Made by a program: the position numbers and the translations under genes
Source: a bacterium
Lineage (GTDB): Bacteria > DUMJ01
Reading direction: 5' to 3'
NCBI GenBank assembly: GCA_049970495.1
Contig: JBMFMV010000037.1
Coordinates: forward strand, 1 to 19,479
DNA: 19,479 bases
In this document: positions 1 to 7,188 of the stretch, one piece after another
Layout of the letters: each line of letters starts with the position of its first letter
Position numbering within the stretch: the first letter of the stretch is position 1
Notes under the pieces: model-generated
Database searches by the model: none
Seen by the model: only the letters and a program-made list of their open reading frames with translations
Told to the model about the DNA's origin: nothing

Positions 1-954
1 GATAGTTTAGGGGTAAGATTTGTAGAGATAAAGTGGGGACAAGGAGCAAAGGATATTGGAGGAGAGATAAAACTCCCGGCTATAGAATGGGCTAAAACCC
101 TAAAAGAAAGAGGATATATAGTTCACCCAGATCCAGATGATCCAGTTATTCAAGAAATCTATAATAAAGGTGGCATTAAAGAGTTTGAAAGACACTCTAG
201 ATTAGGAATGGCTTCTTTAGAAGGTTTCTTAAAGAGAGTTTATGAACTTAGAAGTAAAGGGGCGCAGTACATATCATTAAAGACTGGTGCCTATAGACCA
301 AGAGATTTAGCCTTAGCATTGAAATGTGCATCTGAAGGTAAGATTGACCTTCTTATTGTAGATGGAGCTGGTGGTGGAACAGGTATGAGCCCTTGGAGAA
401 TGATGAATGAATGGGGAGTTCCGACCATCTATCTAGAATCTCTAGTTTATAAATATGCCAAAGTTCTTCAGGAAAAAGGTAAATATATCCCACCAATAGC
501 TATAGCAGGTGGATTTACACTAGAGGATCATATATTTAAGGGCTTAGCCCTAGGAGCACCATTCGTTAAACTAGTAGCTATGGGTAGATCTACCTTAACT
601 GCTGCTATGGTTGGAAAGACTATTGGAGAGTTGATAAAAGAAGGCAAGACACCTCAAGAATATAAGAAATACGGAGAGGATATACAAGAAATCTTCTCTG
701 CTGTAGCAGACCTAGAAAAGATTTACGGTGAAGATTGGAAAAAGATACCAACAGGAGCTTTAGGTGTATATGCCTATTTTGACAGACTTGCTACAGGATT
801 AAAGCAATTTATGGCTGGAACCAGGAAGTTTAGTTTAGAATATATAGATAGAAGCGACTTGATATGTCTTACCGAAGAGGCAGCTAGGGTAACTGGTCTT
901 CCCTATGTGATGGAAATGGATTACGAAGAGAGTATGAAAATCCTAGAAAGCTAA
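1..954 (+). CDS. FMN-binding glutamate synthase family protein (stand-alone GltS domain 2 type), 5'-truncated by the window edge
   Basis: Frame is open from base 1 (DSLGVRFVEIKWGQGAKDIGGEIK...), so the ORF-track start at 208 is internal. Motifs EIKxGQGAK, VDGAGGGTG and IAIAGG match the GltS FMN-binding barrel. Stop TAA at 952-954. Confidence 0.88.
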   Translation, partial: DSLGVRFVEIKWGQGAKDIGGEIKLPAIEWAKTLKERGYIVHPDPDDPVIQEIYNKGGIKEFERHSRLGMASLEGFLKRVYELRSKGAQYISLKTGAYRPRDLALALKCASEGKIDLLIVDGAGGGTGMSPWRMMNEWGVPTIYLESLVYKYAKVLQEKGKYIPPIAIAGGFTLEDHIFKGLALGAPFVKLVAMGRSTLTAAMVGKTIGELIKEGKTPQEYKKYGEDIQEIFSAVADLEKIYGEDWKKIPTGALGVYAYFDRLATGLKQFMAGTRKFSLEYIDRSDLICLTEEAARVTGLPYVMEMDYEESMKILES

Positions 955-995
955 TTTATAGAGGGGGTAGAGGGAAACTCTGCTCCCTCTATAAA
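955..995 (+). terminator. 18-bp stem-loop directly after the glutamate synthase-like gene (terminator or 3' stabilising hairpin)
   Basis: TTTATAGAGGGGGTAGAG (955-972) pairs with CTCTGCTCCCTCTATAAA (978-995), loop GGAAA. Two G-U pairs form only on the + strand transcript. No downstream U-tract. Confidence 0.65.
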
Positions 996-1015
996 AGACT
1001 TGTATATACATTCTC

Positions 1016-1044
1016 TTTACCTATAGATCTACATATGATATAAT
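1016..1044 (+). promoter_or_regulatory. sigma70/sigmaA promoter for the riboswitch-led operon
   Basis: TTTACC (1016-1021), 17-bp spacer, TATAAT (1039-1044) with extended -10 TG at 1036-1037. Predicted TSS ~1050-1051, immediately before the aptamer. Confidence 0.8.
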
Positions 1045-1051
1045 CGAGTCA

Positions 1052-1102
1052 GGTGATGAAGTCCACCGTTAATAACCCCATATAGGGGTTGATGACTTCT
1101 AC
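1052..1102 (+). ncRNA. Fluoride riboswitch aptamer (crcB RNA motif)
   Basis: Matches the consensus GGnGATGnnGTnCnCC...TGATGACnnCTAC. P1 GGTG(1052-55)/CACC(1064-67); P2 AACCCC(1074-79)/GGGGTT(1085-90); pseudoknot GAAGTC(1058-63)/GACTTC(1094-99); conserved 3' CTAC. Confidence 0.93.
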
Positions 1103-1128
1103 TCAGGTTTGGGTAGAAGTCATTTTTT
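1092..1128 (+). terminator. Intrinsic terminator forming the riboswitch expression platform
   Basis: ATGACTTCTACTCA (1092-1105) pairs with TGGGTAGAAGTCAT (1110-1123): 14 bp with one G-U, loop GGTT, T6 at 1123-1128. The 5' arm is the pseudoknot strand, so the two structures are mutually exclusive. Confidence 0.92.
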
Positions 1129-1144
1129 GTCTTAGGAGGTCTAA

Positions 1145-2089
1145 ATGAATATAGAGGCGTTTATAAACTTTAAGGAAAAGATTATAAAGAATGTTTCAAA
1201 AGTTATAGTAGGTAAAGATGAGGTCATAGAGCTAGTTACTGTAGCTTTTATCTGTGGAGGACACATTCTTCTTGAGGATGTACCGGGTTTAGGTAAGACT
1301 ATGTTAGTGAAGGCGTTTGCCAAAACAATAGGATGTGATTTCAAAAGGATACAGTTTACTCCAGACTTATTGCCTTCAGACCTAACTGGTATAAATTTCT
1401 ACAATCAAAAGACTGGAGATTTTCAGTTTAAACCTGGACCTATATTTACGAATATTCTTCTTGCAGACGAGATCAATAGAGCGACCCCAAGAACTCAATC
1501 CGCTCTATTAGAGGCTATGCAGGAAAAACAGGTTACTGTTGACGGAGTAACGAGAAAACTTCCTGAACCTTTTATGGTTCTAGCGACACAAAACCCTATA
1601 GAATCATTTGGAACATTTCCTCTTCCTGAAGCCCAATTAGACAGATTCTTTATGAGAATCAAGATTGGCTATCCTACCAGAGAAGAAGAGATAGAAATAG
1701 TAAATAGGAATAAGAAAGAAGATCTTACCAAAGACCTAGAAAGTGTAGTAACTACTGAAGAGATAGCATACGTTAGAGATGCCTATAACGATGTGAGAAT
1801 TTCAAAAGAAGTTATGGATTATCTTTTAGATATAATAGAAAAAATTAGGAATGTCGATATTGTCCAATTGGGAGTAAGTCCTAGAGGAACTATAGCCCTC
1901 TTTAAGGCAAGCCAGGCTTATGCGGCTATAAACGGGAGAGATTATATAATTCCGGAAGATATTAAGAAGATGGCTCCTTATGTCCTAAATCATCGTGTTA
2001 TACTAAAAGGTTTAAGCAGAGATAAAAATATATATTCGTTCATAAACTCTGTACTTGAGACAGTAAAGGTTCCAGTGGAAGAGATTTAA
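1145..2089 (+). CDS. moxR: MoxR-family AAA+ ATPase
   Basis: Walker A EDVPGLGKT, RIQFTPDLLPSD, Walker B LADEINRA, LATQNP, LPEAQLDRF, GVSPRG. RBS AGGAGGT at 1134-1140. Confidence 0.95.
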   Translation: MNIEAFINFKEKIIKNVSKVIVGKDEVIELVTVAFICGGHILLEDVPGLGKTMLVKAFAKTIGCDFKRIQFTPDLLPSDLTGINFYNQKTGDFQFKPGPIFTNILLADEINRATPRTQSALLEAMQEKQVTVDGVTRKLPEPFMVLATQNPIESFGTFPLPEAQLDRFFMRIKIGYPTREEEIEIVNRNKKEDLTKDLESVVTTEEIAYVRDAYNDVRISKEVMDYLLDIIEKIRNVDIVQLGVSPRGTIALFKASQAYAAINGRDYIIPEDIKKMAPYVLNHRVILKGLSRDKNIYSFINSVLETVKVPVEEI

Positions 2090-2090
2090 A

Positions 2091-3239
2091 ATGGCTTATC
2101 TATTACTCTTTCTAATAATCACCGGGATAATACTTAATAGGCTATCTAAGAAATATACTCTCTTGGGTGTTACATACCAGAGAGAGATATCTAAAAGGAT
2201 ATTAGAGATAGGAGAAGATTTTCATATTACTACCGTCGTAGAGAATAGAAAACTACTCCCAGTAACATTTCTACAGATTATAGAAAGGTTCCCTACAGGT
2301 ATAGAGTATAAATTTAGGGCAGATCAATTTAAGACTGTAGAGTTTTTATACCATACTATTACTATGTTTCTACTGCCATTTCAGCGTATAAAAAGAATCT
2401 ACACCGCAGTATGTCAAAAAAGAGGAAGATACATATTTGAGGATGTTTCTTTAATAGGTGGAGACCTTTTGGGTCTGAATACCTTTGTAAAGAGTATAAG
2501 ATACAATCAAGAAATTATAGTATTACCAAAAAGTACAGATCTTGAAAGAGAGCTTATCCCTTATGGGAACTATAATGGAAATTTATCTGTTCAGCGTTGG
2601 ATTATAGATGACCCTACAATGATTATAGGGGTAAAGGAATATACTGGGCTTGAACCGGCAAAGACTATTCATTGGCCCTCATCTCTAAGAACAGGAAATC
2701 TTATGGTAAAGAAGTTCGACTTTACTCTAGAGAACACTGCTATGATCATACTAAATGTGGAATGTGATAAACCATTCTGGGTAGATATAAAGCCGGATGA
2801 TATAGAAAGGTGTATCTCTATTGCTAGAGGAGTTATGGAAAAGTTTGAGACTATAGGGATACCTTATGGCTTTGCCACCAATTCTATTATGCACGGTTTA
2901 CCTGCAAGTAGAAATATAGTCTATCCTTCATATGGAATATCTCACCTAGAATCTCTTTTAGAATGTCTTGGGAGAGCCTCTTATAGTATAAGTTTAACAT
3001 TTGAGGAATTACTTTTGAAACTAAATAGACGTGATATAAGTTGTTCAACCTATATTATAATAACACCAAAGGTTTTGGAGTCTTATATAGAACCCATAAA
3101 CTCCCTCACATCTGAGCTAGAAGAGGTGATACTTATTTCTCTTAAGGACGAAAACCTAGAATTCATATCTGATAGTATACTAAAATACACAGATAGAGGA
3201 ACCGAGTATGTATATACGATACCTCAAGATAATAAGTAA
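2091..3239 (+). CDS. DUF58 domain protein (vWA-like MoxR partner) with N-terminal membrane anchor
   Basis: Hydrophobic N-terminus. GVKEYTGLEPAKTIHWPSSLRTGNLMVKKFD resembles the DUF58 motif (REYxxGD..rrIHWk.tAr.g.LmVkefe). 1-bp gap to moxR, the usual gene order. Confidence 0.85.
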   Translation: MAYLLLFLIITGIILNRLSKKYTLLGVTYQREISKRILEIGEDFHITTVVENRKLLPVTFLQIIERFPTGIEYKFRADQFKTVEFLYHTITMFLLPFQRIKRIYTAVCQKRGRYIFEDVSLIGGDLLGLNTFVKSIRYNQEIIVLPKSTDLERELIPYGNYNGNLSVQRWIIDDPTMIIGVKEYTGLEPAKTIHWPSSLRTGNLMVKKFDFTLENTAMIILNVECDKPFWVDIKPDDIERCISIARGVMEKFETIGIPYGFATNSIMHGLPASRNIVYPSYGISHLESLLECLGRASYSISLTFEELLLKLNRRDISCSTYIIITPKVLESYIEPINSLTSELEEVILISLKDENLEFISDSILKYTDRGTEYVYTIPQDNK

Positions 3240-4488
3240 TATATCTCTTGTATTTGGTATCTTTGGATTCTTACTAAGCTTTATAGGAAATCTTCATTAC
3301 ACTGAGATTTTTTATTTATGGGCTGTCCTAAGTTCTTTTATCATTTATAGGCTATCTTCTAAAAAGATAATCACCTTTCTTCTAGCGGTTTTACCATTCT
3401 TGCCATCTATAATTATAAGAGACACCCTAGACAGAGTATTTGTAGTTACAGTTGGCTTATACTCTTTGTATCTTTTGTCTAGAATTATCAAAAGGTTGAC
3501 TTATGGCTCTGTGGTAGAAGAGTTTGAAAAGGTTCTCCCTATAGTAGTTACAATTACTGTAGTTTCTATAGCCATATCCTTAGCCTTCCCAGATAAGGCT
3601 AATATCTATAATAGTATAGTTTTACCTTACTTTGTTGTCTATCTGGTCTCTGCAGTTATTCTATTGAGAACCTTGAGATATATTGAGTATAGTTCTAGTG
3701 AAAATAAGGATATGAATAAGGTAAATCTAATATATTCGGTCGGTATAATCTTTATCTCCTTCCTTTTAAGTCTACCAACAATAAGGTTGATTCTTTGGAG
3801 AGGTATATCTATAGGTTTTACCTATATCCTTAGTGGTTTTCTAATGGGGTTGGCATGGTTCGTATTTGCTGTCTTCTTTATCTTTGATAAGATTATAGAC
3901 TTATTAGGCAGATTCTTTAAACCAGAAAAACGTGAGCTCCCAGAGATAAAGTTTGACGAGCTAAGTAGTAGGATTCTAAATATGACAAGAATGGGAGAAA
4001 ATAAAGAGCCAATAAAGGAGAAGGTTGCTACCTCTAGCACTAACCAGATACTTGTAATTATCCTTAGTATAGTAGTAATACTTATCGTAGTTTACATTGT
4101 ATACACTCTCTTTAGAAGATACGAATCTAGGCGTAAGCCTAAGGAAGAAGATTATATAGAAACAAAAGAATTTATCACTATAAAGAAAGAAGAAGGTCCA
4201 GGGGTTCTAAAGAGAATTTTAGATAGACTTAGGCCAAAGGACCCTATAGAAAAGATTAGGATTTACTATAGAAGGTATCTATTAATGTGTAAAGAAAGAG
4301 AGATAGGGCTGAAAGAAAGCGATACTACGCTAGATATATATTCAAAATCTAAAGACTTCTTCAATAAGGAGGTCTTACCTAAGATAAGGGAGATCTATAT
4401 AAGAGTTAGATACGGCTTAGAAAACCCTTCTAACGAGACAGTAAAAGAGTTTATTTCACTCTATAAGAGAATCAATTCTAAGAGCTAA
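3208..4488 (+). CDS. Polytopic membrane protein with C-terminal DUF4129-like domain
   Basis: About 8-9 hydrophobic segments. C-terminal IRIYYRRYL...ESDTTLDI...EIYIRVRYG resembles DUF4129. Overlaps the DUF58 gene by 32 bp; AGAGGA upstream of the ATG. Confidence 0.75.
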   Translation: MYIRYLKIISNISLVFGIFGFLLSFIGNLHYTEIFYLWAVLSSFIIYRLSSKKIITFLLAVLPFLPSIIIRDTLDRVFVVTVGLYSLYLLSRIIKRLTYGSVVEEFEKVLPIVVTITVVSIAISLAFPDKANIYNSIVLPYFVVYLVSAVILLRTLRYIEYSSSENKDMNKVNLIYSVGIIFISFLLSLPTIRLILWRGISIGFTYILSGFLMGLAWFVFAVFFIFDKIIDLLGRFFKPEKRELPEIKFDELSSRILNMTRMGENKEPIKEKVATSSTNQILVIILSIVVILIVVYIVYTLFRRYESRRKPKEEDYIETKEFITIKKEEGPGVLKRILDRLRPKDPIEKIRIYYRRYLLMCKEREIGLKESDTTLDIYSKSKDFFNKEVLPKIREIYIRVRYGLENPSNETVKEFISLYKRINSKS

Positions 4489-4724
4489 TTAAAATTATGG
4501 AATAAATACTTATATAGGGGGAATGGTCATCTGTTACTAATACTTCTAAGCCTATTTTTCATTAAGCTCCTAGGTTTGTTTCTAATATCCCTGCCAAGAA
4601 CTTGTAAGTGTCTACAAAGTGTTGATGGGTCTATAGAAACATTAAAAATTATGAAGACTTTTGAAACATCATCTCTAGAGGTCTTTAAAATTTTATCAAC
4701 CAGATTTACAACAGCTACTATCAA
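4485..4724 (-). pseudogene. Possible degraded transposase fragment (HTH-like region, IS256-like resemblance)
   Basis: Minus-strand translation SRDDVSKVFIIFNVSIDPSTLCRHLQVLGRDIRNKP...NR*PFPLYKYLF loosely resembles the IS256 segment STRDIS...G.SxSTISR...NRPL..YxYLFLD. In-frame stops on both sides, no RBS, no inverted repeats seen. Confidence 0.25.
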
Positions 4725-4742
4725 GATTTAATTTGAAAAAAG

Positions 4743-4751
4743 TGGTATAAT
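4743..4751 (+). promoter_or_regulatory. Extended -10 promoter for the beta-CASP/kinase/GH31 unit
   Basis: TGGTATAAT at 4743-4751 with no good -35 at 17 bp. RBS GAGGAGG at 4774-4780. Confidence 0.6.
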
Positions 4752-4786
4752 AGAATAGTTATGGGCTTTATACGAGGAGGTTTAGA

Positions 4787-6328
4787 ATGTTAATTACATT
4801 TCTAGGTGCAGCAGGAGAGGTAACTGGCTCTAATTATCTATTAGAGACAGAGAATAATAAGTATCTTGTTGACTGTGGAATATTCCAAGGAGAAAATGAA
4901 GGGAAAAATGAGGCTCAATTTGACTTTTCTCCATCCTCTATAAAGGCTGTACTCTTGACACATGCTCATCTAGATCATTCTGGGAGGATTCCTAAATTAG
5001 TTAAAGAGGGTTTCAACGGTAAGATTTTTGCTACTTTACCAACTATAGAACTCTGTGAGATCTTATGGTTTGATACGGTAAAGCTAATGAAAGAAGAGGT
5101 AGAAAGAATAAACAGAAAGAATCAAAGGGCAGGTAGACCTCCTATTAGGGTATTATACGACGAGAGCGATGTTGAAGCTACTCTCAAATTATTCGAACCA
5201 GTTCCTTACGACGAAATCGTTTCATTAGAAGATATAAGATTCAGATTTAGAGACTCTTCTCATATCTTAGGTTCAGCATCTATAGAGGTATGGAATAAGG
5301 ATACTAAAATAGTCTTTTCTGGAGACATTGGACAATGGGAAGGGGTTATGGAGGGAACTCCGGCTATAATAGAACAGGCAGACTATGTAATTATAGAATC
5401 TACTTATGGAGATAGGCTTCACAAATCTTTAGAGGAAACTAGAGAGGAATTCACTCAAGCTATACAGAGTGCAATATCTGAAAATGGTAAAGTACTTATT
5501 CCTTCGTTTGTAGTAGATAGGGCACAGAGAATAATATATGAGATAAAACTTTTAGAAGAAAAACATATCCTTCCAAAGAAGATACCCATATACTTTGATA
5601 GTCCAATGGGAAAGAAAGTTACTCAAGTCTATAGAAAATATAATAGCCTTCTTTCGAGCGAACTGCAGAGATATTATTTAAACTCTCAAGACCCTTTTGA
5701 TATAGAGAATTTAAAATATCTATCATCTGTTGAGGAATCAAAAGGGATAAATAGCCTAGATATGGGGATAATTATAGCTGGGAGTGGCATGTGTACTGGT
5801 GGAAGAATACTCCACCACATAAAGCATAGTATATGGAAAGACAGTACTCATATGATCTTTGTAGGGTATCAAGCCCAAGGAACATTAGGAAGAAGAATAG
5901 TAGATGGCGTAAGAAGTATTAATGTAATGGGGGAAGAGATAGCAGTAAGGGCTAAAGTCCACACCATTAATGGATTTTCTTCACACGCTGATCAAAGAGA
6001 TTTACTAAGATGGGCAGATGGATTTCAGAATAATCCTATGTTTATAATAACTCATGGTGAATCAAATTCTTCTCAAATACTTTCTCAATTACTTAGACTT
6101 AAAGGACATCAAACCCTGATTCCTATAAAAGGACAAAGTATAGACCTTCTAAGGAAGGAGATATCAGAGGTAAGGCCTAGTTTGTTAATAGATTGGGATT
6201 CCTTACTTACAGAATTGGGTACAGAGATATCTACTCTAAAGGAAAAAGTCGTTGGCTCCTCAGATATTGAAAAATTCGGTCTATTAAAAGCTGTATCTAT
6301 AATTCTTAAAGAAATTATTAAAAAGTAA
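4787..6328 (+). CDS. MBL-fold beta-CASP ribonuclease (bacterial CPSF73/Ysh1-like, COG1236 type)
   Basis: LVDCG, THAHLDHSG (HxHxDH), SHILGS, FSGDIG, ESTYG, GSGMCTGGR, GFSSHAD, THGE. Confidence 0.92.
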   Translation: MLITFLGAAGEVTGSNYLLETENNKYLVDCGIFQGENEGKNEAQFDFSPSSIKAVLLTHAHLDHSGRIPKLVKEGFNGKIFATLPTIELCEILWFDTVKLMKEEVERINRKNQRAGRPPIRVLYDESDVEATLKLFEPVPYDEIVSLEDIRFRFRDSSHILGSASIEVWNKDTKIVFSGDIGQWEGVMEGTPAIIEQADYVIIESTYGDRLHKSLEETREEFTQAIQSAISENGKVLIPSFVVDRAQRIIYEIKLLEEKHILPKKIPIYFDSPMGKKVTQVYRKYNSLLSSELQRYYLNSQDPFDIENLKYLSSVEESKGINSLDMGIIIAGSGMCTGGRILHHIKHSIWKDSTHMIFVGYQAQGTLGRRIVDGVRSINVMGEEIAVRAKVHTINGFSSHADQRDLLRWADGFQNNPMFIITHGESNSSQILSQLLRLKGHQTLIPIKGQSIDLLRKEISEVRPSLLIDWDSLLTELGTEISTLKEKVVGSSDIEKFGLLKAVSIILKEIIKK

Positions 6329-6345
6329 ATTTTAGGAGGTTACCA

Positions 6346-7188
6346 TTGAAGATAGTTTTTATAGGACATGTCTCCAAGGATATAAATATATTAAAGTCTA
6401 AAGAACAAATAATTCCTGGAGGAGGGGTTTACTACGGAGCCTTTGTGGCAAAATCTTTTCTAGCAGAAACTCTAGTATATACAAAACTAGCTAAAGACGA
6501 TAGAGAACTCTTCAATGATATGAAAGATTATGGTATAGAAGTTATATATTTTCCTTCAAATACTACCACAACTATCCAAAATATCTATCCGACGGATAAT
6601 CCCGACGATAGGGTATCTAAAATAATTGAAAAGGCTGAACCATTCACAGAAAAGGATATCGATGAGATAGAAGAGGCTGATATTATTCATATATCTGGTT
6701 TATGGCATGGGGAAATTTCAGAAACTTTTATAGAAAAGTTACGTAAAAAGACAGATACTCTTGGACTAGATGCCCAGGGCTTTTTAAGAGATGTAGATAT
6801 TGAGGGGAATATGGTATATAAGGATTGGGAATACAAAGAGAGGTATCTTCCACTTATAGATGTATTTAAAGTAGACTCTCGAGAGTCTGAAATTTTAACG
6901 GGTATAAAAGACTGCTATAAAGCTATAGAAAAGATTTCCGAATGGGGACCAAAGGAGATACTCCTCACCTATAGAGAAGGGATTATCCTTTGGGTTCAAG
7001 GAAAAGTCTTTGAGGAAAAGTTTGGAGGATGGACACTAGAGGGAAGGACAGGGAGAGGAGATACCTGTATGGCAGGTTATCTTATTCACAGATACCTTGG
7101 TTATAAATCCGCTTTGAAAAAGACGGCGGAGATAGCTACAGAAAAGATGAAAAGTCCTGGACCATATAAAGGGAAGGGAGTGATTTGA
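6346..7188 (+). CDS. PfkB/ribokinase-family carbohydrate kinase, likely PPi-dependent myo-inositol kinase type (TM0415-like)
   Basis: IGHVSKD, PGGG, DAQGFLR, FKVDSRE and GRTGRGDT in place of the usual DTTGAGD. TTG start with AGGAGGT RBS. Confidence 0.85.
   Translation: MKIVFIGHVSKDINILKSKEQIIPGGGVYYGAFVAKSFLAETLVYTKLAKDDRELFNDMKDYGIEVIYFPSNTTTTIQNIYPTDNPDDRVSKIIEKAEPFTEKDIDEIEEADIIHISGLWHGEISETFIEKLRKKTDTLGLDAQGFLRDVDIEGNMVYKDWEYKERYLPLIDVFKVDSRESEILTGIKDCYKAIEKISEWGPKEILLTYREGIILWVQGKVFEEKFGGWTLEGRTGRGDTCMAGYLIHRYLGYKSALKKTAEIATEKMKSPGPYKGKGVI

Noticed and set aside
1141..1344. Minus-strand 67-aa ORF
   Set aside because: Antisense shadow of the conserved moxR N-terminus, with no motif.
4733..4738. 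TTGAAA as the -35 box of the beta-CASP promoter
   Set aside because: Only 7 bp from the TATAAT, so the spacing is incompatible.
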